A DNA stretch of 64,000 bases, taken from NCBI RefSeq assembly GCF_035084215.1, contig NC_090325.1, positions 194,618,001 through 194,682,000 on the forward strand. The letters are read 5' to 3'. Below are positions 1 through 12,272 of the stretch, piece after piece (position 1 is the stretch's first letter; every line of letters begins with the position of its first letter). The notes beneath the pieces were generated by a model. The model saw nothing but the letters and a program-made list of their open reading frames with translations, did not search any database and was not told the DNA's origin. The stretch comes from Heptranchias perlo (lineage: Eukaryota). Both the position numbers and the translations under genes were made by a program.

Positions 1-432
1 TTATTAATTGAGCTAGCATCTACTGCTTTTTGTGGGAGAGAGTTCAACACTTCTACCACCCTTTGTGTGAAGAAGTGTTTCCTAACTTCTCTCCTGAATG
101 GCCTGGCTCTGATTTTAAGGTTATTTCCCCGTGTCCTAGACTCCCCCACCAGCGGGAAACGTTTCTCTCTATCTACCCAATCAATTCCTTTCAAAATCCG
201 AAACACCTCAATCAAATCACCCGTTAACCTTCTATATTCCAGGGAATACAAGCCCAGTTTATGTAATCTCTCCTCATAATCTAATCCTTGGAACCCTGGT
301 AACTTTCTGGTGAGTCTGCGCTGCACTCCTTCCAAGACCAATATATCCTAAGGTGCGGTGCCCAGAACTGTACACAGTACTCCAGATGTGGTCTAACCAG
401 GGCTTTTTATAACTGTAGCTAAACTTCCACCC
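1..432 (-). mobile_element. CR1 LINE fragment
   Basis: Similar to other CR1 ORF2 C-termini in the window (KHFFTQRVV motif). Confidence 0.8.
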
Positions 433-772
433 TGAGGGCGTGACAGGTCCAACTTTGATTTGTCTCGTGCCTCACAGAGACGACTCTGGGACAGATAAAT
501 TGGGTCAGGACGAGGTCAAGTAGGTTACTGCTCAAGTTGGTTCCCTCACAGCTCAATGCATGCCCAGTCTGGCAGCTTCAGGATTCGGCCAGTGTGGTTC
601 TACCAAGTCACTCTTGGTGGTGGCCACCAAAGATCCCACCCATCTAATTATCCCATGGTGCTCATCATCAGGCAAAACTTTACCTGGTGATACTGTTATA
701 CACAAAAATGTACAATTAATCACAAATTTAATCCACTGCGTGGAGACAGAACCCCTTGAAAGGAGGGTTATA

Positions 773-778
773 TTTATT
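773..778 (-). promoter_or_regulatory. Candidate DCK polyadenylation signal AATAAA
   Basis: tttatt on the plus strand ~240 nt past the stop; an ATTAAA variant at 727-732. Confidence 0.5.
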
Positions 779-1016
779 CCGTTCCTTGTTTCTCCTCATT
801 AAAAAATTAACAGAAAAAATAGCTATTTCCTAATATCTTTCACAGTTATCAAGATGTGATTCAGTTTGTAACTATAGAGAATACAAAACGCACACAGTTA
901 AAAAAAAAACACAAGGTAAACAGAAATGTTAAAACGTTCTTATTTCAGCAGCTCTGTCATTCCCTCAGGTTTGTCCAACGGACGGCTGGTGTCTTGTTCC
1001 ACAGAATTTACATACG

Positions 1017-1043
1017 TTATAAAGAGTGCAGAAATTCCTTGAT
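1017..1043 (-). CDS. DCK: DCK exon 7 coding part (IKEFLHSL*)
   Basis: Pyrimidine tract plus tacag| acceptor; TAA stop at 1019-1017. Confidence 0.9.
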   Translation of the reverse strand: MKEFLHSL

Positions 1044-4000
1044 CTGTAGAAGAAAAACATCAGCCTTTTTGAGAGCTTTTAAATGGGCATAGTATTCTAC
1101 GGCTGATTCTGAGCCCCATTCATATATCTAGCAAGGCTCTGCGCTGGCAGTGACAGCTTACAACTTCTGCCCTACTTCATACATAGAAGTATCACGCTGC
1201 ACCTTTGTAACATTGGTCGAGTTACATCGAAACTACAGCACAGAAACAGGCCACGTTTTTAAATACATCTTCCTGGTTTCATAAAGACAGCACTTGAATT
1301 TTCTTAGTCATCAGGGAAACTACTTTCTAAATGACACTGCGAACAATATAAATTTAACTGCACCCCCTCCAACTTTTGCAAAGGATATGAGGTTTTGGGA
1401 CAGTTTATTTTGTAACTATTTCCAGATATAAATTAAAAGAGGGTATGTGAGGTTTATCCCTCAACCAACATCACTAAAACAGATTATCTGGTCATTATTT
1501 CATTGTTGTTTGTGGGAGCTTGCTGTGGGTAAATTGGCTGCCGTGTGTCATACATTACAACAGTGACTACACTTCAAAAGTATTTCATTGACTGTAAAAG
1601 TATTTTGGGATGTCCTGAGTTCGTGAAAGGCGCTATATAAATGCAAGTTCTTTCTTTCTAACCAGTGAACTAGAAAAGGGAGAGACTATTAAAGGGTAAT
1701 GTACTCTTAAAAATAACTATAGGACAAATAAAAATGATTATCACACAATCTATTTAAAATTGACTTATTTCCTTCAATGTTATTGTGAATCTCCTTACGT
1801 TTTCTGAAGCATTCCAACATCCTCAACATGTAAACTTATCTTAAAAACAAATGGGTGAATTTTACGCTCATCAGCATGAAGCATGTACCTTTTCAATCAG
1901 ATCTTCACACTTGGCTTCATTCCCCTTGAAGTCTTCATTAACATCTAATGTCAAAACCGGAACTTTATTCAGGTATTGAAAGTGAAGCCTGCAAGTTGTA
2001 AACCGTATTAAATTGAAAGTCAAACAAACCAATGCTTTCCCTTCCTAAATTGCCAATATCAATAAAGATATAAAACCAGCACCCCACAGAACCGTTGGTC
2101 TTCCAAGTGGGATTTTAACAGGAAGAACATCTGCACAACAGATGTCTGCCACAAACACTTCATAATGACTTCTGTGCGAGAATAACAAGTATTTTCTTTT
2201 TTAAATCAGAAATTCTTTAGCAAATAGTTAAAAGTTTTCTTCATCTTCACTGAAGTTTCTAAGTCATGTTTCACACCACAACTCTGTCCTATCTGACTCA
2301 ATCTCCTCTACAACCTTACATAGGAACAAAGGAACAGGAGGAGGCCATTCAGCCCCTAGAGTCTGTTCCGCCATTCAATTAGATCATGGCTGATCTGTAT
2401 CTTAACTCCATTTACCCACCTTGGTTCCGTAACCCTTAATAACCTTACCAAACAAAAATCTATCAATCTCAGTTTTGAAATTTTCAATTGACCCCCAGCC
2501 TCAACAGCATTTTGGGGGAGAGAGTTCCAGATTTCCACTACCCTTTGTGTGAAGAAGTGCTTCCTGACATCACCCCTGAACTTGTTAGGGCCTTGATTCT
2601 GTATTGAATGCAATTGTGATAGTGCTTTCAAATAATCGCTTCACGTTTGCACTTAGAAATTCGGACACTTAACAAAAATGAAAGAAATAAAGAAATGTTG
2701 TCTTACTGCATCGTCCTGTGTTGCAGCCAGCACTCATGTTTAGAGTGCAGCTTCTCCAGATACTCTATTGGAATTCCCTGCTCCTCCTGTCGTCCTCTCA
2801 GCGTCAGTCTTTTCATACAGGTCTGAAAAGCAAATATAAATAGATATCTAGCTTCTCTATTTCCAACAATCAATGTGCAAACTTTTTTTTTTAAGTTCTC
2901 CACTCCTCATTTTGAAAGTTTTCCTCTTCATAGTGTCAGCTGTGGCTCAGCGGGTAGTACACCTCCCCTCTGAGTCACGAAGGCTGTGGGTTCAAGTCCC
3001 ACTCCAGAGACTTGAGCACCAAAGCAATGGGATCGCTGTGCGAGCATGTTCACACGTTTCAACGTTTTTCATTAGCTCAAATCAAACCTTCCACTCAAGG
3101 ACCGAATCGTGCATCAGATTTGTGCCTTTAAACCTCTGAGAATTGGGTTAGATTTCAGACCAAACTAATGGGATTAAGCCATCTGTCTCTGTTGGCTGTA
3201 AGGTCTGATGTAGAATGGGTTTTGGCACTTTTAATCCAGTTCCCAGTAGATGGTTCCAAAAATGATTACAAAAGGGCATTCGGGAACCCTCCCCCACAAA
3301 ATATGGCCCCCCCCAACCCAAGATGACAGCCGTAGCACACACTCGCCTCTGAGACAGAATGTTGTGGGTTCAAGAGAATTGAGCACAAAAATCTAGGCTG
3401 ACACTCCCAGTGCGGTACTGAGGGAGTGCTGCACTGTCGGAGGTGCTGTCTTTCGGATGAGACATTAAACCGAGGCCCCGTATTTTTTCCCTTTTTAGCC
3501 CTGGGTTTTTTTTTTGCCTCTCCTTGGAAGTTACATAGCTGAGGCGGGGTTAGGAAGGGTCTAGTCAGGACGCTCCAGGCATGTTGAATGTGGGGCAGGC
3601 TTGATGGACCAGTTGGTCTTTTCCTGCCCGTCATTTTCATATGTTTGTATTTTGTGGGACTGGGGTTATGTGTGGACCGGGTAAGGACAGCAGGTTCCCT
3701 TCCCAGAAGGACATTAATGAACCAGTTGGGGTTTTCACAACAATCCAGGAACTTTGCATCGTCATTTTTCCAACGACAGCCCATAAATAACCAGATTTAT
3801 TGACTTCAGTTTCGCCCCTTGCCATGTTGGGAGGGATTGAATTCATGACCACCTGGATGACCAGTCCAGTGCCATAACCGTTAGCCACCAGATTATCATC
3901 CGATCCCAATGGCGAAGATGCAGGTACTCTCACCTCAGGCGTCGCTCGAAGATAGATGATGCCATCGAGTTCAATCTTTTTACCAAAGCAGCTGTGTATC

Positions 4001-7000
4001 CAGCCATGCCAGTCTTGGTACAGGGTCCATTCAGTCTCACTGAAGCAATGGGATTCATGCAAGTTGGAGGCAAAGACGTATCTGTCATTTAAAAAAAAAA
4101 TTCAGTGTAGTTTAGCATTAGTTTTCCCAATTGCTGTTATTGTTGATAGTGAATGGTTACATGCTTAAGTCAGAGATTGATACGACATCTATCACCTCAC
4201 ACAGCTGAAGGGAAAGCTTTGCTCATAGTCTATATCAATATACATTACATAGAATTACACAGAATGTTATAGCACAGAAAGAGGCCATTCGGCCCAACTG
4301 GTCTGTGCCGGTGTTTATGCTCCACACGAGTCTCCTCCCACCCCTTTTTATCTCACCCTATCAGCATATTCTTCTATTCCTTTCTTCCTTCATGTGTTTA
4401 TCTAGTTTGCATTAAATGCATTAAATGCAGTAACTTGCCATTTTAGTCATTGAATTAAATCCTTTCTATTTTCCTGCTTCCAATTCTCTTCTTTCCTCTC
4501 CCTGAAGCTGCTCCCTAGCCCTCCCGCATCTCCCGCAGGTGGCCATTCCTCACACGTTACCCAGTATTGCACGGCCAATATTGGCTCGCACTGGTTTGAG
4601 CTCCCAAAGTGCACAGTACAAATTCAACCCTAAATTTGCTTAAGATACTGCCGTAAAGAAAGAAAGAACTTGCATTTATATAGCACCTTTCATGACCTCA
4701 GGACGTCCCAAAGGCTTCACAGCCAATGAAGTACTCCTGAAGTGTAGTCCCTGTTGTAATGTAGGAAACACGGCAGCCAATTTGCGGGCAGCAAGGTCCC
4801 GCAAACAGCAATGTGATAATGACCAGGTAATCTGTTTTAGTGATGTTGAGGGATAAATATTGGCCTGGACAGCAGGGAGAACTCTACTGCTCTTCTTCAA
4901 AATATTGCTGTGGGATCTTTTACATCCACCTGAGAGGGCAGACAAGGTCTACGGTTTAACATCTCATCTGAAAGACAGCACCTCCCAACAGTGCAGCAGT
5001 GGGTGTGTTAGCAGCATAGATTTTGTACTCAGGTCTCTAGGGTGGGACTTGAACCCATAAGCTTCTGACCCAGAGGTGAGAGTGCGACCCACTGAGCCAA
5101 GGCTGGCAGCTTATGTTACTTTACTAAGTCTGATGGGATACAGAGAAATTAGCCAACACTGGTAAACATTTCTCGAGTACACTTGTGAAATATTACAGGT
5201 GCCCCTTACCTGTCACTGTAAAGGGATCGCTCAAAGAACTGAACTGGGTGGGCAGCATCCTTCACCATGTCACCGAGAGCCTTCAGCTGCGACCTCACCC
5301 GGCTTAGACAGGCATAAGTCTGGAAGGTGTAAGACCAACGTTCCGGCTTGTTGTACATCATCTGCAGGAGGTTCCCGCCACTCTTCTGAGACGCCGTCAG
5401 CTCCTTCAATACACAAGCGCATGGACTTTGGTTTAAGCGAATCTTGCCATTAGTTGCAAAAAAAACACCAAATAAAGCAAAGCAAAGCGTTTCTGTAACA
5501 TTCTTCAAAAAAGTATTCCACGCAGGTCCAGAACCAGCCGGTCCCCACTCAATCCCCATTAACAGATACCCACTTTTAAACAGGAATGGCTGGATCAAGA
5601 GATGGGAACTTTGGATAATTTTACTCCTCCTTAGCCCAATCGGAGGGGTCGTATTTCAGATGAGACGTTAAACCGAGGCCCCGTCTGCCCTCTCAGGTGG
5701 ACGTAAAAGATCCCATAGCCACTATTTTGAAGAAGAGCAGGGGAGTTCTCCCCGGTGTCGTGGCCAATATTTATCCCTCAACCAACATTGTTAAAACAGG
5801 TTATCTGGTTATTCATTTCATTGCTATTTGTGGGATCTTGCTGTGCGTAAATTGGCTGCTGCGTTTCCTACATTACAAGAGCGACTACATCCAATTAAGT
5901 GCTTTTAAAGTGTGAAGCGCATTGGGACATCCTGAGATCACGAAAGGCGCTGCATAAATGCAAATCTTTCTTTCTTTCCCAGTGGGGAGCTACACTAGAA
6001 GGGCGGTCAGAACAGAGACAGGGCCGAGACACCGCAGCTCTGATTGCCCAAGTACGCTCCCTTCCCCTTCGAGGGAAGGAAGGGCAGAAGAGAGTACGAT
6101 AGGATCGCAGAATTCACCCTTATATTGTGAAATGAATTACCGGTATGGAATGAAATTGCAAACTTCTCTGGTACGGGACCTAGTGACAAAGATTCAGCGC
6201 TATCGCACAGCCGCTAAGGCCAGACCACCTATTAAGCAGCCTTATAGATCCGACTTGACAAAGCACAGCTGCTGCTGATGTAAGACTAGCTGACAGATGG
6301 ATTCCAACGTTCCAGGCAGTGGATTAGTCGCACTGTATATTAGCTGATGTCCCATGATATTACTCACGGGCAGTCTGGGACCCGGAGCATGGTTGTGCTG
6401 AATATAGCAATGAAACTGTCCTGTCCCTTCAAGGCCATTGCTTACATATTGCATAAACCCACGACCTCTACCACCTAGAAGGGCAAGGGCAGCAGGCACA
6501 TGGGAACACCATCACCCGCACGTTCCCCTCCAAGTCACACACCATCCCGACTTGGAAATATATCGGCCGTTCCTTCATCGTCGCTGGGTCAAAATCCTGG
6601 AACTCCCTCCTTAACAGCACTGTGGGAGAACCGTCACCACACGGACTACAGCGGTTCAAGAAGGCGGCTCACCACCACCTTCTCAAGGGGCAATTAGGGA
6701 TGGGCAATAAAATACTAGCCTTGCCAGTGATGCGCACATCTCGAAAAGGAATTTAATAAAATATATATATATATATTCCTGTTGGGGAATTAGTCTAACT
6801 AGGTCTTGAGGTCAGAGTTTAACTGCTGTTTGATAGAAGTTTTTGCAAATTTCCAGGTGCGTGTAAATTTCTGGCTACAGCTCAGGATACACCTGCCTGC
6901 CTTCCTTCCTTTTTTATTATATTTGATATTTTGAAGTGTGACATCTGAGTCTGTTGAATACTCTTAAAAATTTTTCTTTCCTGCTGAAAGTCTTGAGGCC

Positions 7001-8765
7001 AAAAGAGAATCCTCAGCCTCAACAGCGGACTTGTTGCTCCAGTCGGGCACAGGAGTCCTGCTGGAACATAGGAACAGGAAGAGGCCATTCAGCCCCTCGA
7101 GACTGTTCCGCCAGACAATTAGATCGTGGCTGATCTGTATCTTAACTCCATCTCCCTGCCTTGGTTCCGTAACCCTTAATACCCTTGCCCAATAAAAGTC
7201 TATCAATCTCAGTTTTAAAATTTTCAATTGACCCCCAGCCTCAACAGCTTTTTGGGGGAGAGAGTTCCAGATTTCCACTCCCCTTTGTGTGAAGAAGTGC
7301 TTCCTGACATCACTCCTGAATGGCCTAGCTCTAATTTTAAGGTTATGCCCCCTTGTTCTGGACTCTCCCACCAGAGGAAATAGTTTCTCTCTGTCTAGCA
7401 ACTCCTTTTAACACCTCAATCAGATCACCCCTTAATCTTCTACACTCAAGGGAATACAAGCCTAGTCTATGCAACCTGTCCTCATAATTTAACACATCTA
7501 GCCCCATTTGAGGGATGTGATCATCACCTGCTGACGCTTATAGTTGCACAGCATCCAACGAAAGCCTATTTGAGTTCATTATTATTTGAAAGTGCTGTTT
7601 GGCTTTTGAAAAAGGATGCCAAGACTCTCTCCACAATACCACAATTGGCTAAAATGAACCCATTTTCACTGCGGTTCCCTGAATTATTCAACTGAAGGGA
7701 ACATGCAGACTTTTGAACTGGAGAAAGCTTTTCAAGGTCAGTGGAAAGGTCACATGCAAAAACAACTCACCTCACAATCTTCTTTCTCCGTTTGTACATT
7801 ACACCAACGGGCAATAGGCTCGGCTAAAACATCCCATTCCTCGTTGGCTTGTCCCAATATCTGAATCAATGTCGATTTGCCAGCAGCTGCAGTATATTTT
7901 AAAATAACAATCAATATAACAGCTCCTCATTTAAACAAACAATTGCAAGGTAAAATGTAATTCAATGGTGGAAGAGGCTCGAGGGGCTGAATGGCCTATT
8001 CCTATGTTGAAAAGGAGAAATTTGCAGGGCTATAGGGAAAGAGCAGGGGAGTGGGACTAATTGGACAGCTCTTTCAAAGTTCTGGAACAGGCATGATGGG
8101 CCGAATGGCCTCCTTCTGTGCTGCATGATTCAACGATCTCCCCAGAGACTTCAACCTTTTATTAAAAATTAATTTTAGAAAGTGCCAAGCTTAAGTAACT
8201 AGTGTGATCATAAAAAGAACAACTTGCATTTATATAGCGCCTTTAACGTAGTAAAATGTCCCAAGGTGTTTCACAGGAACGATTATCAAACAAAATTTGA
8301 CACCGAGCCACATAAGGAGATATTAGGACAGGTGACCAAAAGCTTGGTCAAAGATATATATTTGAGGTTCTGCTCTTTTATTTAGTTTGGGTCACGAAAA
8401 ATACCTTGTCCTTAATTTAGAAAAAACACAGGGGGTTTGTCCCTTTAAATGTGATGCAGATTAAACGTGCTGCTACCACGACTGATACGCGGCAAGATCG
8501 CAAACAAGAATTTCATGTTAACAACACCAGAGCTCTACGCAAACCAAACGCAAAGAGGAATTAGATGGGGCAAACGGCGGCTGGTGTCGACCGTGCTCCC
8601 CGGGGGCCGACTGCTGATCTGCGGCGTGTTGCAGGCAGTCCATTGCCTGGGCGGGGGGACGGGTAAACTATTCCATCACTCACCTATATTCCCCTCGATG
8701 GCAACCTTCTTGAGCGTGTTCTTGCAAGAGTGGGCACGGCTCCGTTTGCTCGGCGGGGCAGCCAT
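1017..8765 (-). CDS. DCK: Deoxycytidine kinase, complete spliced CDS, 7 exons, 783 nt / 260 aa
   Basis: Exons 8684-8765, 7771-7886, 5210-5403, 3934-4081, 2707-2822, 1889-1988, 1017-1043; all introns GT-AG with consistent phases. Translation has P-loop [43 protein letters not shown], lid RGRQEE and C-terminal IKEFLHSL*. Lies next to MOB1B as in human. Confidence 0.96.
1889..1988 (-). CDS. DCK: DCK exon 6 ([33 protein letters not shown])
   Basis: ttgcag| acceptor, |gtacat donor, 100 nt. Confidence 0.93.
2318..2583 (-). mobile_element. CR1 3' end (same subfamily at 7065-7505 -, 34510-34775 -, 58284-58810 +)
   Basis: [16 protein letters not shown] motif; shared 3'UTR ctcgaggggctgaatggcctcctcctgttcc. 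Confidence 0.85.
2707..2822 (-). CDS. DCK: DCK exon 5 ([26 protein letters not shown]...)
   Basis: ttttcag| acceptor, |gtaag donor, 116 nt. Confidence 0.95.
3655..3890 (-). mobile_element. Second tRNA-derived SINE family, decayed
   Basis: tRNA-like head (ggtggctaacggtta...ttcaatccc) and a body ending aactggttcattaatgtccttctgggaagggaacctgctgtccttacc. Confidence 0.5.
3934..4081 (-). CDS. DCK: DCK exon 4 ([10 protein letters not shown]...YLRATPE)
   Basis: cag| acceptor, |gtgag donor, 148 nt. Confidence 0.95.
5210..5403 (-). CDS. DCK: DCK exon 3 ([11 protein letters not shown]...FERSLYSDR)
   Basis: Within ORF 5206..5598; aag| acceptor, |gtaag donor, 194 nt. Confidence 0.95.
6462..6760 (+). mobile_element. 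3' fragment of the same LINE family
   Basis: Matches ~61975-62260. Confidence 0.85.
7771..7886 (-). CDS. DCK: DCK exon 2 ([39 protein letters not shown])
   Basis: ctgcag| acceptor, |gtgagt donor, 116 nt. Confidence 0.95.
8684..8765 (-). CDS. DCK: DCK exon 1 ([27 protein letters not shown])
   Basis: ATG at 8765-8763, donor G|GTGAGT, 82 nt; basic NLS-like N-terminus. Confidence 0.93.
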
Positions 8766-8911
8766 GCTCCGGGTTCGGGGCTGGGGAGTAGAGTGTTGGA
8801 AGAGATGTTAAACCCCTTCTCTTCTCTCCTCGCTCTCCACTAAATCCAACCCAGCTGGGTGAGTGACAGTTAGTGACAGGATGCACTCTCCCTCGTTGAT
8901 TCTGTACCAGC

Positions 8912-8937
8912 TGTGTGTGTGTGTGTGTGTGTGTGTG
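8912..8937. repeat. (TG)13 microsatellite upstream of DCK
   Basis: Direct reading. Confidence 0.95.
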
Positions 8938-9091
8938 ACTTCAGGAAATCATTTTTAACAGTTTTGCAAACACCACCTAATTTTCTCTTCTGAAATTACT
9001 GACAGCAGATGTCCCATTTCACGCTCGTTTCTGGAGAGTCCGCTGCACATGAGGTTTTTTTTTCTAAGACAAACCACATTGATAGCTGGGA

Positions 9092-9905
9092 TTTTTTTTT
9101 TATTCGTTCATCGGATGTGGGCGTCGCTGGTAAGGCCGGCATTTATTGCCCATCCCTAATTGCCCTCGAGAAGGTGGTGGTGAGCCGCCTTCTTGAACCG
9201 CTGCAGTCCGTGTGGTGAAGGTTCTCCCACAGTGCTGTTAGGAAGGGAGTTCCAGGATTTTGACCCAGCGACGATGAAGGAACGGCCGATATATTTCCAA
9301 GTCAGGATGGTGTGTGACTTGGAGGGGAACGTGCAGGTTGTGGTGTTCCCATGTGCCTGTTGCCCTTGTCCTTCTAGGTGGTAGAGGTCGCGGGTTTGGG
9401 AGGTGCTGTCGAAGAAGCCTTGGCGAGTTGCTGCAGTGCATCCTGTGGATGGTACACACTGCAGCCACGGTGCGCCAGTGGTGAGGGGAGTGAACGTTTA
9501 TGGTGGTGGATGGGGTACCAATCAAGCGGGCTGCTGTGTCCTGGATGGTGTCGAGCTTCTTGAGTGTTGTTGGAGCTGCACTCATTCAGGCAAGTGGAAA
9601 GTATTCCATCATGCTCCTGACTTGTGCCTTGTAGATGGTGGAAAGGCTTTGGGGAGTCAGGAGGTGAGTCACTCGCCGCAGAATATGCAGCCTCTGACTT
9701 GCTCTTGTAGCTACAGTTTTTATGTGGCTGGTCCAGTTAAGTTTCTGGTCAATGGTGACCCCAGGATGTTGATGGTGGGGGATTCAGCAATGGTAATGTC
9801 ATTGAATGTCAAGGGGAGGTTGTTAGACTCTCTTGTTGGAGATGGTCATTGCCTGGCACTTGTCTGGCACAAATGTTACTTGCCACTTATCAGCCCAAGC
9901 CTGGA
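9092..9905 (-). mobile_element. 3' fragment of the same LINE family as 59320-62266
   Basis: [16 protein letters not shown]...; same 3' end with a T-run on the plus strand. Confidence 0.88.
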
Positions 9906-9934
9906 TGCCTTGATAATACTTCAGCGTATTTACT

Positions 9935-10432
9935 CTGTAAACTTGAGCTCATCCAGAACTCTGCTGCTCTTATCCTAACTTGCACCAAGTCCTGTTCATC
10001 CAGCACTCCCGTGCTCGCTGTCCCACAGAGACTCCTGGTCCGGCATCGCCTCGATTTTAAAGTTCTCACCGTTGTTTTCAAATCGCTCCGTGGCCTCCCC
10101 CCTCCCTATCTCTGTAACCTCCTCCATCCCTACAACCCTCCGAGATCTCTGCGCTCCTCCATTTCTGGCATTTTGCACATCCCCGATTTTCATCACTCCA
10201 CCATTGACGGCCGTGCCTTCAGCTGCCTGGGCCCTAAGCTCTGGAATTCGCTCCCTAAACCTCTCCGCCTCTCTCTCCTCCTTTAAGACACTCCTTAAAA
10301 CCTACCTCTTTGACCCTCACCTGTCTTAATATCTCCTTATGTGGCTCGGTGTCAAATTTTGTTTGATAATCGCTCCCGTGAAGCGCCTTGGGACGTTTTA
10401 CTATGTTAAAGGCGCTATATAAATGCAAGTCG
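9935..10432 (+). mobile_element. L2 LINE 3' fragment (copies also at ~16240-16522 +, 22490-22965 -, 26665-27240 +, 27930-28398 +, 30120-30370 -, 30915-31255 +, 34778-35292 -, 44400-44800 -, 47035-47310 +, 48258-48685 +, 51375-51737 +, 55235-55488 +)
   Basis: [26 protein letters not shown] motifs; tail aaggcgctatataaatgcaag(ttg)n. Confidence 0.85.
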
Positions 10433-10886
10433 TTAAGATTCCTGAACCTTCAGTGAGTGTATCCACATAGGGTGTGGTGAGACATTCAGTGGTGCAAAAA
10501 ACTTAAGACAAAAAAGGTTCATTCTGATTAACTTTAATTTTCTTTATAAACGGCCTCACAACATAGATCCTTTAACTTTGAATATTTCAACAATTTTCAA
10601 ACCCATCACATAACAACAAGCTGTACATGTTATTTACGTATCTGAAGAACACGTGAAATTAATGTTGGAAATAACTCTCGAAAAGGGCTATTGTTCGGAT
10701 TGCAAAAAAAATTCCTCAAATCTGTGAAACAGGCAGTTTTCTTGGCACAAATAGAGTACATCACAAGTAGAGTACCCAATATCACTACACGGGAAAATTA
10801 ATTTTCCAAAGGCAATATCCAGCTTTTGTAGCCTTTCCAAATCTTACTTCCACTTCTCTGGCCAACTCTCCTCCCAAGTTAACATT

Positions 10887-11300
10887 CATAAAATCATAGA
10901 ATGATACATCACAGGAGGCCATTGTTCGGCCCATCATGCCTGCTCTTTGAAAGAGCTATCCAATTAGTCCCACTCCCCCTGCTCTTTCCCCATAGCCCTG
11001 CAAATTTTTCCCCTTCAAGTATTTTATTCAATTCCCTTTTGAAAGTTATTATTGAATCTGCTTCCACCGCCCTTTCAGGCAGCGCATTCCAGATCATAAC
11101 AACTCGCTGCGTAAAAAAAAATTCTCCTCCTCTCCCCTCTGGTTCTTTTGCCAATTAACCTTAAATCTGTGTCCTCTGGTTACTGACCCTCCTGCCAGTG
11201 GAAACAGTTTCTCCTTATTTACTCTATCAAAACCATTCATGATTTTGAACACCTCCTATTAAATCTCCCCTTAACCTTCTCTGCTCGAAGGAGAACAACT
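10887..11300 (-). mobile_element. CR1 3' fragment (same subfamily at 14620-15295 -, 28845-29179 -, 33110-33358 +, 33758-34035 +, 50675-50980 -, 56100-56302 -)
   Basis: [21 protein letters not shown] motif; (ATTCTATG)-type tail. Confidence 0.85.
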
Positions 11301-11844
11301 TCCTTTCCCTTCCAGTGACCAGTAGGTTAAGAAAAGCATAAAATTCAAGATACTGCTTCAGCCGGTAACTTAGCCTGGAGTTTGCTTTCAGTTCTCTGCC
11401 CACTCTTGCTTCAAACGAGCTTACTTTGCTGCTCAGCTAATGACTAGGACTGTGCTCAAAGGCCTTGGATTTGAAAACCATTCTGCCTGGGAGATCTGGC
11501 TACAAATTATGAGTTGAGTAATTAGGTAAAATATTTTTTTTGTTTCAGGGGCCAGCTCAAAACTGAAGGCACATTGGTAGCTGCTTAGAGACTGGGTGTG
11601 AAAACGGAGTCCTGTAACACATCAGCGTCTCATTGTGTAAACTGCTGTTCTAGGCGGATGCTCCTCCCATTTGGACTGTGGCCAGGTGACAGACTAGAGG
11701 AGAGGTATTTAAAAATGCCAATGTTGCTCAATTAGTGGGACCGTGAAGAAGACGCACAGCATAACCACCATAAACTGAAAGACAAGAGGATGAATCATAA
11801 CTGGTCTTTTAAGACTGTATCGTGAATTCATAGGAAGCACATTA

Positions 11845-12272
11845 TTTAGAATTCACAGCACAGAAACAGGCCATTCGGCCCAACTGGTCTATGCCGGTGT
11901 TTATGCTCCACACGAGCCTCCTCCCACCCTACTTCATCTCACCCTATCAGCATATCCTTCTATTCCTTTCTCCCTCATGCGTTTATCTAGCTTCCCCTTA
12001 AATGCTAGTTGCCTCAACTACTCCTTGTGGGAGCGAGTTCCACATTCTCACCACTCTCTGGGTAAAGAAGTTTCTCCTGAATTCCCTATTGGATTTATTA
12101 GTGACTATCTTGTATTTATGGCCCCTCGTTCTGGTCTCCCCCACAAGTGGAAACATCTTCACTACGTTGACCCTATCAAACCCTTTCATAATCTTAAAGA
12201 CCTCTATCAGGTCATCCCTCAGCCTTCTCTATTCTAGAGAAAAGAGCCCCAGCCTGTTCAGTCTTTCCCGAT
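11845..12272 (-). mobile_element. CR1 3' fragment (same subfamily at 4245-4420 -, 20512-20985 -, 32430-32965 +, 47405-47590 +, 52905-53148 +)
   Basis: [22 protein letters not shown] motif. Confidence 0.85.
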
